A stretch of 64,000 bases of DNA from Eledone cirrhosa. Its lineage: Eukaryota. Within the stretch, counting starts at the first letter, position 1. Each line of letters begins with the position of its first letter. The notes beneath the pieces were generated by a model, which worked only from the letters and a program-made list of their open reading frames with translations, had not been told where the DNA came from and ran no database searches. Shown here in pieces: positions 39,647 through 52,690 of the stretch. Location: contig OZ024741.1 in NCBI GenBank assembly GCA_964016885.1, forward strand, positions 300,576,001 through 300,640,000. The letters run 5' to 3'. The position numbers were made by a program, and so were the translations under genes.

Positions 39647-39721
39647 TTCACCTGATGAAATCGGTGATAATCGATCATGACAACACGATCGATCTATACC
39701 TTATTGAAACATGTGTCGTGG
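39647..39721 (+). ncRNA. Type I hammerhead ribozyme with intact core and extended stem II
   Basis: TCAC-CTGATGA (39652-39658), stem II AAT..GGT..ATCGATC/GATCGAT..ACC..ATT, then GAAAC-ATGT-GTC-GTGG (GUC triplet). Confidence 0.8.
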
Positions 39722-40000
39722 TTAAAATGATTGGAAATTTATACCATGCCTTCGGATCTTTATTTTGATATATATATATCCCCTCCGCCTTTTGGGATTC
39801 TTTCTCACGTCGTGTAGACGCGTTCTTGAGACTAGTAAAATGAGGTATCCTCTTGATAAGTCGGCAGACCTCGCAAGGACTCTATGTCTTCATGATATAT
39901 TGTTTTTGTTTATGCCACGAAACTACGTAGTCGAGGAATTTAGGAGCAGTTTAGGTATGATACATTTTATTACTAATTATATCTAAATGTTTCTTCTCTC

Positions 40001-40167
<167 letters not shown>

Positions 40168-41097
40168 GTGTGTGTATGTTTGTGTGTAATATTAAAGATA
40201 CTTTTTAGGGTATCTGACGTTTTCATACAAATGGTGTATTTCTCGTTCTATATTTTATATATAGGGAGAGAGAAAGAGAGACTTTGAGACAGGGAAATAG
40301 ATAGACAAGCGAGCGAGAAAGAATTAAATAAATGCCCGAAAAAAGTTAATTCCTCTAATTACGGTGGAGTAATTACAGGTAGTAATTATAATCGTAATTC
40401 TCTAGTTTCAATGGAACACATTAATTAATTAAATAATTATGAAAGTAATTGATACCGACATTATTTTGTTTTTCTTTAATCTAATTAATGAATTAGTTTC
40501 TAATTTAGAAGAATGCTGTTGATAGATAATGTTTGTTAAAAATATAAAACAAGATATATTTGCTTTGTGTTCATGAGAACATCCTTGTAGCGGGAAATGA
40601 ATTTGATTCATTCTGGTGATCTTACATTTATTGACTGACTCAAATAACCGACTATTTATGTTTTTAAAATACAATTATACATATATGTATAATCTTTCCA
40701 GCTGTATTCTATTGAAGGAATAATCGACAACAATTGAGATAGACCAAATATTCAAGTCTTCATCTCAGTTAGGTCTGAAGTATTATGGGATTATTTTCTT
40801 TTCTTTCTTATATAGGAAGAATCTCCCAGGTTACACTAACTACAAGGAAATGACAGTCGAAATGCTGCGACATGTCACTCCATTTTCGCACATTTCTATC
40901 AATTCATTATAGGGTCCGAACAAATACCACATGGTATTTTGTTTTACATTCTAATCTGTCAATTCGGCTAAATGTAGTAAGAGTAAAGAGCAATCAGCAT
41001 TCAATAGACTTCTATCAGTGCTTGAAAATGATAGATGAAATCAACACAGTTAAATAAAAATGTGTTCCAAATAGTCAATAATTCTTTAAATAACATT

Positions 41098-41816
41098 AGA
41101 TAGGTTTGATGCCGAGTCTGCATGGCTGGAATGAAAATCAGTTCTCGTCCTATCAAGGAAGCCTGCATCGTGCACTACATGTGAATGGAGTTTCACTGAC
41201 GCAGGTGAATAGGTTTAAGTATCCTGGGGCCGTGTTCACCAGTGATTGTAGGCAGGAGGGTGAATTACAGCAGCTGGTGCAGTAACGTGCCAATTTCGGC
41301 ATTCGGTATTCAGGAGAAGAGAGGTAGATGTAAGAGCCAAACTCGCTATCTTCAATTCGGTATTCGTGCCAACCCTCACCTATGGTCATGAATCTTGGGT
41401 AATGACCGAAATAATACGATTGCAGATAAAAGTAGCAGAAATGAGGTTCCTCTGAAGGGTCTTTAAAGTAACGTTACTCGATAGAATGCGTAGCTCGTAG
41501 ATCATAGTCACTCCAGATAGACCCGCAACCTCTCCGAATTGAGAGATCACAGCTCCGATACTACGGGCAGGTGGTTAGAATGTCTCAGGAAAGAACCGTT
41601 AGACATACTTTACGGGTAAAACCTACTGGCAGGAAACACAGGAGTAGATCATGATCAAAATGGTTGGATAACATACATGAGCTTGGATAGTCTTGTTTGA
41701 AGATCCAGCCTGTTCAGTTGTAGACGGTTGCTTATAACAGGATCCCCAAAAAAAAGAAGAAGAAGAAGAAGAAGAAGAAGAAGAAGAAGAAGAAGAAGAA
41801 GAAGAAGAAGAAGAAG
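41098..41816 (+). pseudogene. RTE-clade LINE 3' fragment with (AGA)n tail
   Basis: FKYPGAVFTSD, PTLTYGHESWVMT and LRIERSQLRYYGQVVRMSQER. (AGA)n at 41754-41816. Confidence 0.85.
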
Positions 41817-43933
41817 ATTAACTGCTATGCATCTTGCATACCTATAAGAATGAGCGTGCGCACATGTGTATGGATGTATGGATTTAACAATGTAAGCACT
41901 GTTACCGCACATATTAGTATTGGCTATAAGGTCACATATACGATATCATAACCAAATATATTAGCTCCGTCGCTCACATTGTTAAATATGTACAAAACAA
42001 TATTTTTTGTGGATTTTAAATATTTCTTGTCTTAAATTAGATTTCGTTTCAAATGTTGTGCTTGCTGTTTTATTGCTATAAAAGTATTCGTTCATGTTAC
42101 GCTAAATAGTTTCTGACATGTTTACATGAAAATATTGAAATTTCCTTTTTGATTTCTTCAAAGTTGCTTTCAATATTTACCTGACATACTGTCAGTCATG
42201 TATATGAGAGAAACTTCAAAATTTAATCTTTTTGTACAAAACTAATTTAAATAAATAGAACAGTTTTAGTTTTAAAACACATATCTATATAGCTTTGGTT
42301 ATATCAGTAGAATGTCAATTCTAAATGTGATTTCCTGTGAACTATTTACTGGTTATATAGCATAATGTGCATGGGAATGTAAACAATAAGATACATATGG
42401 CTGTACATATTTGATTTGTCCTATATAGTTTTTAATTCAAGCATCATTGTCTATCAGACTTAAAAGTCAAATCTTATCTCCAACTTAAAAGGTAATATGT
42501 ATATATGTTTCTGTATTTATATGCATTTACGAATTACCATATTTACATTTTAATATAAATCAATGTGTCACGTTTCAAATACCAATGAGGATTTCCTATA
42601 AGTTAAGGAATACTGTTGGAATTTGAACATAACTTATAATCCTGACCTTTAGGGGGCTTGTATATGCATACGTATATATAAATTGGCAGTAGCACTTAGA
42701 TAGCGTTGGGCAGTGTATATGAAAACATGTTTACTCGTATGTAAAATAAACATATGACAGCCTCGCTATCAAAGGGGAAAATATTCTTTCGTTAAGAAAA
42801 AAGTATTTTTCTCTCTTCTGTAATAAGTCATAAATATTTCAGTAGCCGTTGACAATGTCAGACAGTTGCTTATAGATTCGTTAATCTCTCATCAGTGACG
42901 TTCACTCAACCGATAATAAGAGTAAAATAAACTGGGGCCTATATATATCTTGCGTATTGAATATTTGCTAGAGATACCCATTTGCATATATATGGTGGGG
43001 GGTACACCTGTTTCTGCGTGCATATGTATGTATGATTACATCTGTATGGGTGTGGATATGCGCCTATGTATATGTGTATATTAGTATTCAGATATTAACA
43101 TGCTTTTATTCATATATTCCTGCAGATTGACGAAGTTGATATGTGGAATTGAATGTCCGTACGTTTCCTATGTGCACAAAGACGTATAATTAGTTGATTA
43201 ATGATGTTTCTAGTGAAACATATATGCTTTTATTTCCAATTTAAAAGCGTGTAATGTTCCTTTTTTGACGCTAGATTATCGCTGCCTCAGTTATCTCGGC
43301 TTCAACTTCCACTTCTTGCTCTTGCTCGACCAGGGCGGGGTCATCCTAATCCAGCGATCCCAAAGCATCGTCGACTGAGTAACACAAAGTTATTCGCACA
43401 TAAGAAGCCAAATTGGAGATGATTAACGATTCGCATGTACAGGCTACAGGGAAATAGTAAGGTGAGATGAGGTGTGGCGGACACATGGTGTGATATGGAA
43501 TAAAAAGAAATTGAAAGAAAGGCATTCTATGGGGAAAATTGCCTGGTAACAACTGGCTATACTGCTAGTATATATATATCTGCTGGGTTTGTATTATGCT
43601 TCAAGCTTTGTCTAAAGTGTAGAAAATAGTTTCATATTAGAAAACTACCACAATGCAAATAGTTCATTACATTTTTAAAATAAAATGATGAAACGATACT
43701 GGAAGGTTTAATGTTGACTAATGTTTGATCAGAGTCAGTTTATCAAAAGAATAATTGCAGAAAGAAATTCAATGCAAGGTATCTTATGTCACACGTAAGA
43801 GTTACCATTAAATTACTGAAACGTAACATCACATCTTTTATATCATGTAATTTTTAACAGTTACTGTACCACTTGCAATGAGATAGCTTTCTAATAAAAC
43901 AATATTTTATGCACAGTCACAGAGACACAGACG

Positions 43934-44104
<171 letters not shown>

Positions 44105-44162
44105 ACATATTTGTATGTATATAATTTTATATGCATGTATGTATATATATATATATACATAT

Positions 44163-44285
<123 letters not shown>

Positions 44286-44781
44286 CATATATATGTAAAT
44301 ATATATATATATGTTTGTGTTTGTAGGTAGGTAGTAATGTGTGTATGTCTGTATGTATGTTTGCACATATGTATGTATACATGTATGCGTGTATGCATAT
44401 ATGCGTGTCTGTCTAGGTGTGCAAGTATGTCTCTCATTTTCTTGACGTTTTTAATTTTATGAAGTTACGAATCCTGACGTTAGTTTGGCAGGAAGTGAAT
44501 AAGTCATTGTATATGAAATAATATCCTTGTGCTAATCTAACTCGCAGACGAGTCTTAATCAAATTATATTAGTGAACATTTTTGTTAAGCTTTACACACA
44601 TCAAGTTAAAAGGAAAACACACGGAGATTGTCTTATTAGTGATATTTGTTTATAAAGATAAACAAACCAACAAAAAACTTGTCACATCCAATCACAACGA
44701 ATTTCGCTTACAAAAAAATCAAACATAACCTAAATTTGTTTTCCTTTCGAGTAAAGAATTTTACTCCATATAATATGACAA

Positions 44782-44882
<101 letters not shown>

Positions 44883-44949
44883 AAAATGTGTGAAATCCTT
44901 GGTACAGTTAGGTATATTTGAAAAAAGGAAAAGAATGACTTCAATTGTA

Positions 44950-45317
44950 ATTCTAAATAATTTAATTTTATAATAATATAATTTTACAATTTGGTTTTGT
45001 AGATCTTGTAAGTTCTTTGTTAACATCGGTGGGGAGATGTTTTAAAGATTCCTGGTTAACTTTCCTGGAGAATTTTTTCGCATTCGTCGGTGGCGATTGT
45101 CAAACAGATCTCAGATTGTGTTCTGATGTGTGACTCTATATATAAGAGATTTGGGTGTATCTGAGGTGGGGGGGGGGGGTTAATGAGTATGGGAGTCTGT
45201 GGGTTTGCGGTCCATTTTGTTTTACACTTGTGATTACTCCTCGTATTCTACACCCTTGAAGAATTTTTCTAGACGGAGTTTCGACAAAATTCTTTCGTGT
45301 CTTTTATAAGGTCAGCT

Positions 45318-45358
<41 letters not shown>

Positions 45359-45780
45359 CAAAATATTCACTGTACTTACTATGGTTACCTCTACCGAAAC
45401 GGTTTCGAGTCTCAAAAATAAATGGACAGTCCTTGCGGCCTTCCATTGAATAGATAAACTCCGTCAGAAGGTTCTTTTCACTCGGAGAATATAAAATTCC
45501 TGAGTTCGAATTACGAACTGGTGCTATTCAAAATTGTTCCCGAGATGAGAATGAATGATGTGGAAGCAATTCTGTCCAATGCAAAGATGCATTGGTGTGC
45601 AAAGATAGAAGGCAGAGGCAGGGAGGTCAATCTACTACCACTATAAATAGCAGTAGTCAAAACGACCAAGTTCTATCTCGACCAGGGGGAGATTAATAAT
45701 AATAAAGTATATATCCCTACACGCAAAAAACGTATAGGGACACATGTATTATACAACCATATGCCAATGTGGTTCAATGG
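44950..45780 (-). mobile_element. Degraded Penelope-like element with upstream hammerhead
   Basis: Minus-strand relics ADLIKDTKEFCR..RLEKFF and RKPTDSHTH resemble PLE ORF motifs. The hammerhead is at 45387-45472. Confidence 0.55.
45387..45472 (-). ncRNA. Hammerhead ribozyme with full stem III, core lacking A9
   Basis: Minus strand: ACCTT-CTGACG-GAGT...ACTC-GAAACCG-TTT-CGGTA-GAGGT. Confidence 0.65.
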
Positions 45781-45846
45781 CAGGTTAATAAATTAACGAG
45801 CCAGAACATATATAATCAAGGTTTAGCAAATAAGAAAAAGTTTCAA

Positions 45847-45883
<37 letters not shown>

Positions 45884-45891
<8 letters not shown>

Positions 45892-46291
45892 GTAGTTTAG
45901 AAAGCCACAACAATGCAGACGGGAAATCTCGAGGTAGGAAGTGAGTGAGAAATAGGGGAAAAGTCAAAATGAAAATGAAAACAAAACAAAGGTAGAAGGG
46001 TTACCGTAGTGGAGATTTAATCCCAATATTTCGGGCTCACGCCCATCAACGGGGGAAAAGTTCCAAAAGGGGGGGGGGGGAATCTCCGACTTAGCCTGTT
46101 CCCCCCTTTTGGAACTTTTCCCCTGTTGATGGGCGTGAGCCCGAAATATTGGGATTAAATCTCCACTACGGTAACCCTTCTACCTTTGTTTTGTTTTCAT
46201 TTTCATTTTCACTTTTCCCCTATTTCTCACTCACTTCTTGCCTCGAGATTTCCCATCTGCATTGTTGTGGCTTTCTAAACTACATATTTTA
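45884..46291. repeat. Fold-back (~195-bp arms, 16-nt loop) carrying a minimal hammerhead-like motif, between (TA)n tracts
   Basis: Arms at 45884-46082 / 46099-46291. CCC-CTGTTGA-T-GGGC-gtga-GCCC-GAAA-TATT-GGG lies at 46120-46153. Confidence 0.85.
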
Positions 46292-46328
46292 CACATTTCA
46301 CAATGCTTCGAGCAAACTTTAACACCCT

Positions 46329-46425
<97 letters not shown>

Positions 46426-46527
46426 TAAGCATATGTGCCTGCACCAGTGCATAAATATATTGCACAGGATCAAGCATATAAAGCGCTTATAATAAAGTAT
46501 ATTATATTTATATATATATATATATAT

Positions 46528-46598
<71 letters not shown>

Positions 46599-47662
46599 AA
46601 GAGAGAGGGGAAGGCAGAAAGTGGTCGGAGAAACAGAGAGAGGTTCATAAAAAAATGGGAAACTCACCTGACTATGCTGTTTCACACGAGAAAGAGAGGA
46701 CTATATTTTGTTAGGCCAGGTCGTGAAGTAGGTTTTGCTCTGAGTGAGTCATAGTTTCTGGTCTTGGCACCGGCGATACTTTTGATGTCTCACCTCACGC
46801 TTTACATATTTGATAGTTCCGTCCACGGGGCAGTATGCGTGTTTTCCGTGGAAAGTACTCTGCTTAATGCTGAGGATGTTGTGGCCTTTGTCTCTGAGGT
46901 TCTAGTGGAAACGGGAGAAAATGTAGAGATGTCCCTGTTAATACACCTTAATGAATGTAATTGCTAGCCAAATCGAACCATGAATTCATCGGCTGTTATG
47001 CTCGTATAATTCATCAGGAAACCGTTAGTTCGTATGAATGTGACTCCAAAAGAGCACGGACTTTGTGAAGTATGAACCTTCTAAAGGGAATCTGTATGCT
47101 TTTTGCAGTTCCAGATTGCTGTGCATGTTATATTGCTTCTTTGGGTGAGTGTCTTTTTCTGTCATTACTAAACGTAAAAGATATCAAGGGATCAACCACA
47201 CGACTCTAAATTTATCTACTCCTGTTTAGATAGCTAGCTTTGAATTACTTCTGTAATACGCAGTGTGAGAGTTGACTCTGCCTTTGAGTCAGGAATTTCG
47301 TGACTTTATAATAACCCTATTTCTTGTTTTCTTTTAAGTAGGGCATTCCCTATTTACGTTTGTATTAATTCTAATGTTTCATTATGTTTTAACATATGTG
47401 CGATATTTACATACATTAGATCAATGATAGTGAATATTTAACATTGATAACTTTCACATCGTTTGATACATTGTAGATAGTCTTTGATATAATGAATATA
47501 TCTATGAAGGAATATCAACAGTTTACACTAAGGGAAAAGTCAAACAGTAGAATCATCTTTTACATATATGAAGAAAAACTGTTTTCTTTCAAATACTTAA
47601 ATGCATATCCACAAACAGAGGTACACAAATGCATATGCAAATAAATATAATTGTTTCAACAT

Positions 47663-47952
47663 TTGGCACAGGGCCAGCAAAACCCAGTGTATTACTGGTA
47701 CTTTATTTTATCGACCCCGAAAGGATGAAAAGCAAAGTTAACCTCGGCGGGATTTGAACTCAGAATGGCAAGGACAGTAACTCTATGCGTCAAAGCATGG
47801 CGTCCGACCCTCTACCGATACTGCCAATCCTCAAATAAATATATTTGTTTCTACTATTGGCACAAGGCCAGAAATTACCCAGTACATTACTGGTACTTTA
47901 TTTTATCGACCCCGTAAGGATGAAAGGCAAAGTTAACCTCGGCGGGATTTGA
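47663..47952 (-). mobile_element. Two tandem tRNA-derived SINE copies, the second truncated
   Basis: Minus strand has A-box TGGCAGTATCGG and B-box GAGTTCAAATCC. The body TACTGGTACTTTATTTTATCGACCCC is repeated at 47693 and 47888. Related pieces lie at 34588 and ~36440. Confidence 0.8.
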
Positions 47953-48005
47953 ACAAGATAAATATATTATTGGGCAAGTATAAAAACTCTATGTATAAAG
48001 AAAAT

Positions 48006-49920
48006 CTTCTTCTTCTTCTTCTTCTTCTTCTTCTTCTTCTTCTTCTTCTTCTTCTTCTTCTTCTTCTTCTTCTTCTTCTTCTTCTTCTTCTTCTTCTTCT
48101 TCTTCTTCTTCTTCTTCTTCTTCTTCTTCTTCTTCTTCTTCTTCTCCGCCGCCTCCTCCCCCTTCCCCTTCTTCTTCTTCTGCTTCTTCTTCTTCTCCAA
48201 GTATTCCTGAGTGGGCAGTGGGGGTAGAGTCCTTAAACACTCCTACCAGAGGATTCTGTCATAAGCATCCGTCTCCTATCGGTCTGGCTGTATCCCCAAG
48301 CAAGACCAGCCAAGCTTATGGATGTTATCCAGCCATCTTGCTCGCGGTCTACCCCAACGTATCCTGCCGGTTCATTTCTGCCTGTAAAATATGTCCAGTG
48401 ATTCTTTCCTGAGACATTCTAACCACATGCTAATAATATCGGAGCTATGATCTCCCATTCGAAGAAGTAGCGGCTCTACCTGGAGTGAATCTCTGAGCTC
48501 CGAGCTACGCATTATATCGAGTAACGTTACAACAAAGACCCTTCGGAAAAGCCCAATTTCTACCGCTTTTATTCACAGTCGTAGTCTTACGGTCATTACT
48601 CAAGATTCATGAGTATATGTAAGGGTTGGCACGAATACCGAATTGAATACCGAAATAGCGAGTTAGGCTTTTACACCTACCTACCTTCTTCTAATTACCG
48701 AATGCTGAAGTCAGTGCATAACTGCAGCAGTTCCTGCAAAACTTGCACTTAATTCAACTCCCTCCTTTCATCACTTGTGGGGATGGTCGCGAGATCCTTG
48801 ATCTTCTCCATCTGGTTTAGGCTAACACCATTCATAGGTAGAGTGCACTGCAGTCTTCCATGAGAGGACGAGTGTCTCAGTTTTCGCAGCATTGATTTTC
48901 ATTCCAGCCATGCAGCACTCGGCATCAAACCTATCAGGTGCAAGTTGGAGATCACCTTCAGATGAGTTAAATAACACAATGTAGTCTGCAAATTCCAGCC
49001 GACTGATCTTGCACCCATCAGAAGTGATACCACCTCAAACCTGGCTGTGCATGTCAATCTTGTTCTTAAGAAATAATTACCAGGAGAGGTGTCAGTACGA
49101 ACTCTTGGTGACGTCCTAATCCCACGTTGAATGGTTTCAATTTAGCATGATTGATCTGAACACAAATACTCGGACATTCGTATAGAGACATCAGAGCAGC
49201 AAGAAGCTGAGCATTGATCCCATACTCCTGCAGAACCTTCCACAGCCGGTCCAGAGGGGCGTCGTGATATGACTTTTCGATGTCTACAAAACAAGAATAT
49301 AGTTCTTGGCATTACTCCTACGATTTCTCGAAGGCTTGCCGCTGTGTGAATAGTTGGTCGACTCTGTTGCGTCCGAAAGAAAAACAGCACTATTCACCAG
49401 CTAGCTTGGACTCGACAACCTTCCTGCATCTCTTTGCCAGACACTTAGCATAGACTTTACCGGGGAGGATTAACAAGGTGATCTCTTTGTAATTGGAACA
49501 ATCTCTTTTGGCTCTTTTTTCCAAAACTGGGATTATTACTCGCGATTGCCATTGCTTATGTGCATTTCCAGTGATCCAGGCCACCCGGCACACAGGAGTT
49601 ACCTGCGAATACCTTCTCTATTTAATGCTTTTAACAGTTCAGGCCGGACTTCATTTTTTCCGTGGCCTTACCACATTTGAGCTCTTTGACTGCTCTTGTG
49701 ACCTAGGCCTCTGAGAGATTAGTCATCGCTCCCAGATTCACCTCCTGTATTTCAGAAGATGCTGTTGTCATTGGGTTTACGAGATAAGCAATGTTTTCTC
49801 TCTACCTCATGAGGATGCGCCTGTCTGAAGAGAGGAAAACCTTCGGCGCGTTCCTTTTAGCAGGTATGGAGGAGGACTTCTTATTACAAAGTCGGTGGAT
49901 GTTCTGCTAGAACATTTTGT
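48006..49920 (-). pseudogene. Degraded 5'-truncated RTE LINE with long (GAA)n tail
   Basis: WQSRVIIPVLEK..DCSNYKEITLLILPGKVYAKCL and EFADYIV. Same family as the 38.7 and 41.1 kb copies. (CTT)n at 48006-48145. Confidence 0.85.
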
Positions 49921-51612
49921 TTCCTGTGTGTAAAGTGTACAAAAGAAAGTGATTATCTAATGTTTCACTATCCATCTAAACAAAACCGTTTGTATTGCAT
50001 ATATTATTAATAAAATTATAGGTTGTCTATTGATGTAGAGAATTGAGATACAAGTTCAGTAGCATTTACAACCACCATTAAAATAGGTATTGTAAACATA
50101 TTTCTGTGTTTTTATAAAGCGTTTTTACAGCCATATTTGAAATTTATTTCTCATTTGAATATGAAACATGTTTGATTGTGAATGAAAAAAAAAGAGAAAC
50201 AACGAACATATCAAGAATAACATAAGCAAAGCAAAGGAAAAGAAGAATATATGAAATAAACTGTAAAAAATAAATTATAAACAGTTATGAACAAACCGTT
50301 TGATTAGGAGAATGTAAAGTAAACAACTGAAACAAAATGTAGGTAGGTTACAAGGGTATGAGTATTTACAAATTGAAGTTAAGCGTAGAACAAGTAAAGA
50401 GTTGCGAATGATGATGGAAATTGAGGAGGAATCTAGCAGTTGACAAACAAATGGTGATGGGGAGTAAAATGTGAAACAATAACAACAAGGATATCAACAA
50501 TAATAAAATTCAAATATCTTATATATGGGAAACACGTATTTTAAAAAGTCTTGCAAACTACTCAATATGGTTTGTGCATTTTTTTTTTTTACATAAATTG
50601 TAATCGATATTCTTTTGAAAACACATATTACCAAAATCATGCGTATATTACACTTTTATACTGCAGTGGATCCTATCAAAGTAATATTCGAAATATTTTC
50701 TCTTGCTTTTAAACAGATGTGGCAAAACATATAGAATGAGGTTTATACGATGGAGCAAAACAACAAAAGCAAAAAATACAAATAAATATATAAAGGAAAA
50801 CGAATTACGCTCCATGTATAAACATGAGTATCGGGAGGCAATTGTCCAGCTAAGCCAAGCATACCAGGACTTTGTTACAGCTCCTATGCCGAGTAGAAGA
50901 TACACTAGAACGAAACACATCACTTTAAATCACACAATAATTGTTAAATTGAAATAAACCAAATATGATGTAGAAATACATGAACAGCATCATATCAATT
51001 AGAGAACACATTTTTATAAAAGAAAATATAGGCACACACTTACAAGCCATATAAGGTATCACATCTTAAACAAATTGCAAAATCGTAATGCTAAGTACAG
51101 CTCACATTGGAATTAAAGCCCTTTGAATGCTGTAGGTCAACCTACACAGGGAACCCTTTAAACATAACACATAAACTACCCAATAAAGACCTCCTTCAGT
51201 CACGAGTGACCATGGGAATCTCGCATAGAAACTTGCCCTCCGAAGCACAAGACTATGCAAGGTTGTTTGTGGAAGACCAGCAGTCGCCCATGCATACAGG
51301 ACACTCCTCTCCACGTCACTGATGTTGTCCAAGGGAAAGGCTAAGGCTGACATAGATTCGCGCCAGTGGACTGAAGAAACGTGAAATGTGAACAGAGAAA
51401 ACAACACACAACCCGATCCGGGAAAATAACTCACAACTTTTGTAAGTCCGACGTTCTAACAACTAAGGCATGCTCCATCACAATAATACTCTATATTTTA
51501 AGTATCACAATTTAAGTATCACAAATTACTCTAAGATATTAAGGCATCTCATATTCCAATATACACCAGTTCGAACAATTAGTATTCTATGCATAACCCC
51601 CTCCTTCATTTG

Positions 51613-51744
<132 letters not shown>

Positions 51745-51850
51745 ATGGGTGTATATGTGTGTGTGGTGGGGTATGTGTGTGTGCGTGTCTGTGTATGTTC
51801 GTATATGTGTGTGCATGTATGTATACAAAAGAATATTTAGGTTTCGGATT

Positions 51851-52690
51851 AGGTTTCAGACACTAGTCCTTCATCAGAAGATAGAATGAGAAATAACAGA
51901 TGAAGGATGAAGACAGAGAGTAAGAAGGGGAAGGAAGCCACTTTGTGGTCGGTGTTAAAGATTTCCCAACATTTACTACAACTGCATCATTTCCCAGCAC
52001 TATCCCACCCACTACGCAATGACTCCTCACCTCTTAGTTCAGCTGTGAATTCTTACCACCATATCGTCTTACCAGAAGCACTGCAGTTTCTTTTACGGTT
52101 AATGGCCCGACATGAAACAGAGGGAGGATTTTGCTTGCCACGATATAACGTTCCCTACTACGCTTTACCACCGTTTCTACTTTTATCTGTGTCTGTATAT
52201 GTACGCAGAATTACACATGCATGAATAAACTTGCGCTCACATTTCTGAGTGTGAAAATACACATAGACACATATGTACGCCAATACACCTATCAAACTGC
52301 TCACCCACTATCATTCACTGCATTGGTGAGCTTATTCGCGTACACCGAAACACGTTTAGACAATCCTTACAGTGACTCGAGCTTTGTCACGGTCTGTCAT
52401 ACAATCCTCAGCGCTTTGTTCGGGTGAACCGACAAACCAACAGCAACTCGCACTTACACACACATATCCACTCAAAATACTCAATGATTATCTCCCTTGT
52501 AAACGATCTCTAATCTCTAACATAAATTCTGGCCAGCACTTTCACAAAATGACCAACTGAACAGACCCGTGTTTTTTATCCATAATTTCTTTTCCGTTTC
52601 ATCCTCTTTTACTCTTCTCTATTTTTATATTTCTTCTTTTGTTTCTCATTCTATCTTCTGTTGAAAGACTAACGTCTGCAACATTAAGTT
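51851..52690 (+). mobile_element. Old Penelope-like remnant bounded by inverted hammerhead-like repeats
   Basis: TTTCTCATTCTATCTTCTGATGAAGGACT...GAAAC lies on minus at 51851-51893, with a diverged plus copy at 52642-52683 and a third plus copy at 54937-54985. Interior THTYPLKILND resembles a PLE ORF end. Confidence 0.6.

Noticed and set aside
43110-43165. Possible 33-nt exon (CCTGCAG...GTACGT), and an acceptor-like site near 40816
   Set aside because: Such signals arise by chance in AT-rich DNA, and there is no recognisable protein or partner exon.
47740-47832. tRNA gene suggested by A and B boxes
   Set aside because: No cloverleaf is evident and it is continuous with a repeated SINE body.
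47949-48240. Poly-L, poly-K and poly-E ORFs
   Set aside because: These translate the (GAA)n tail of an RTE element.
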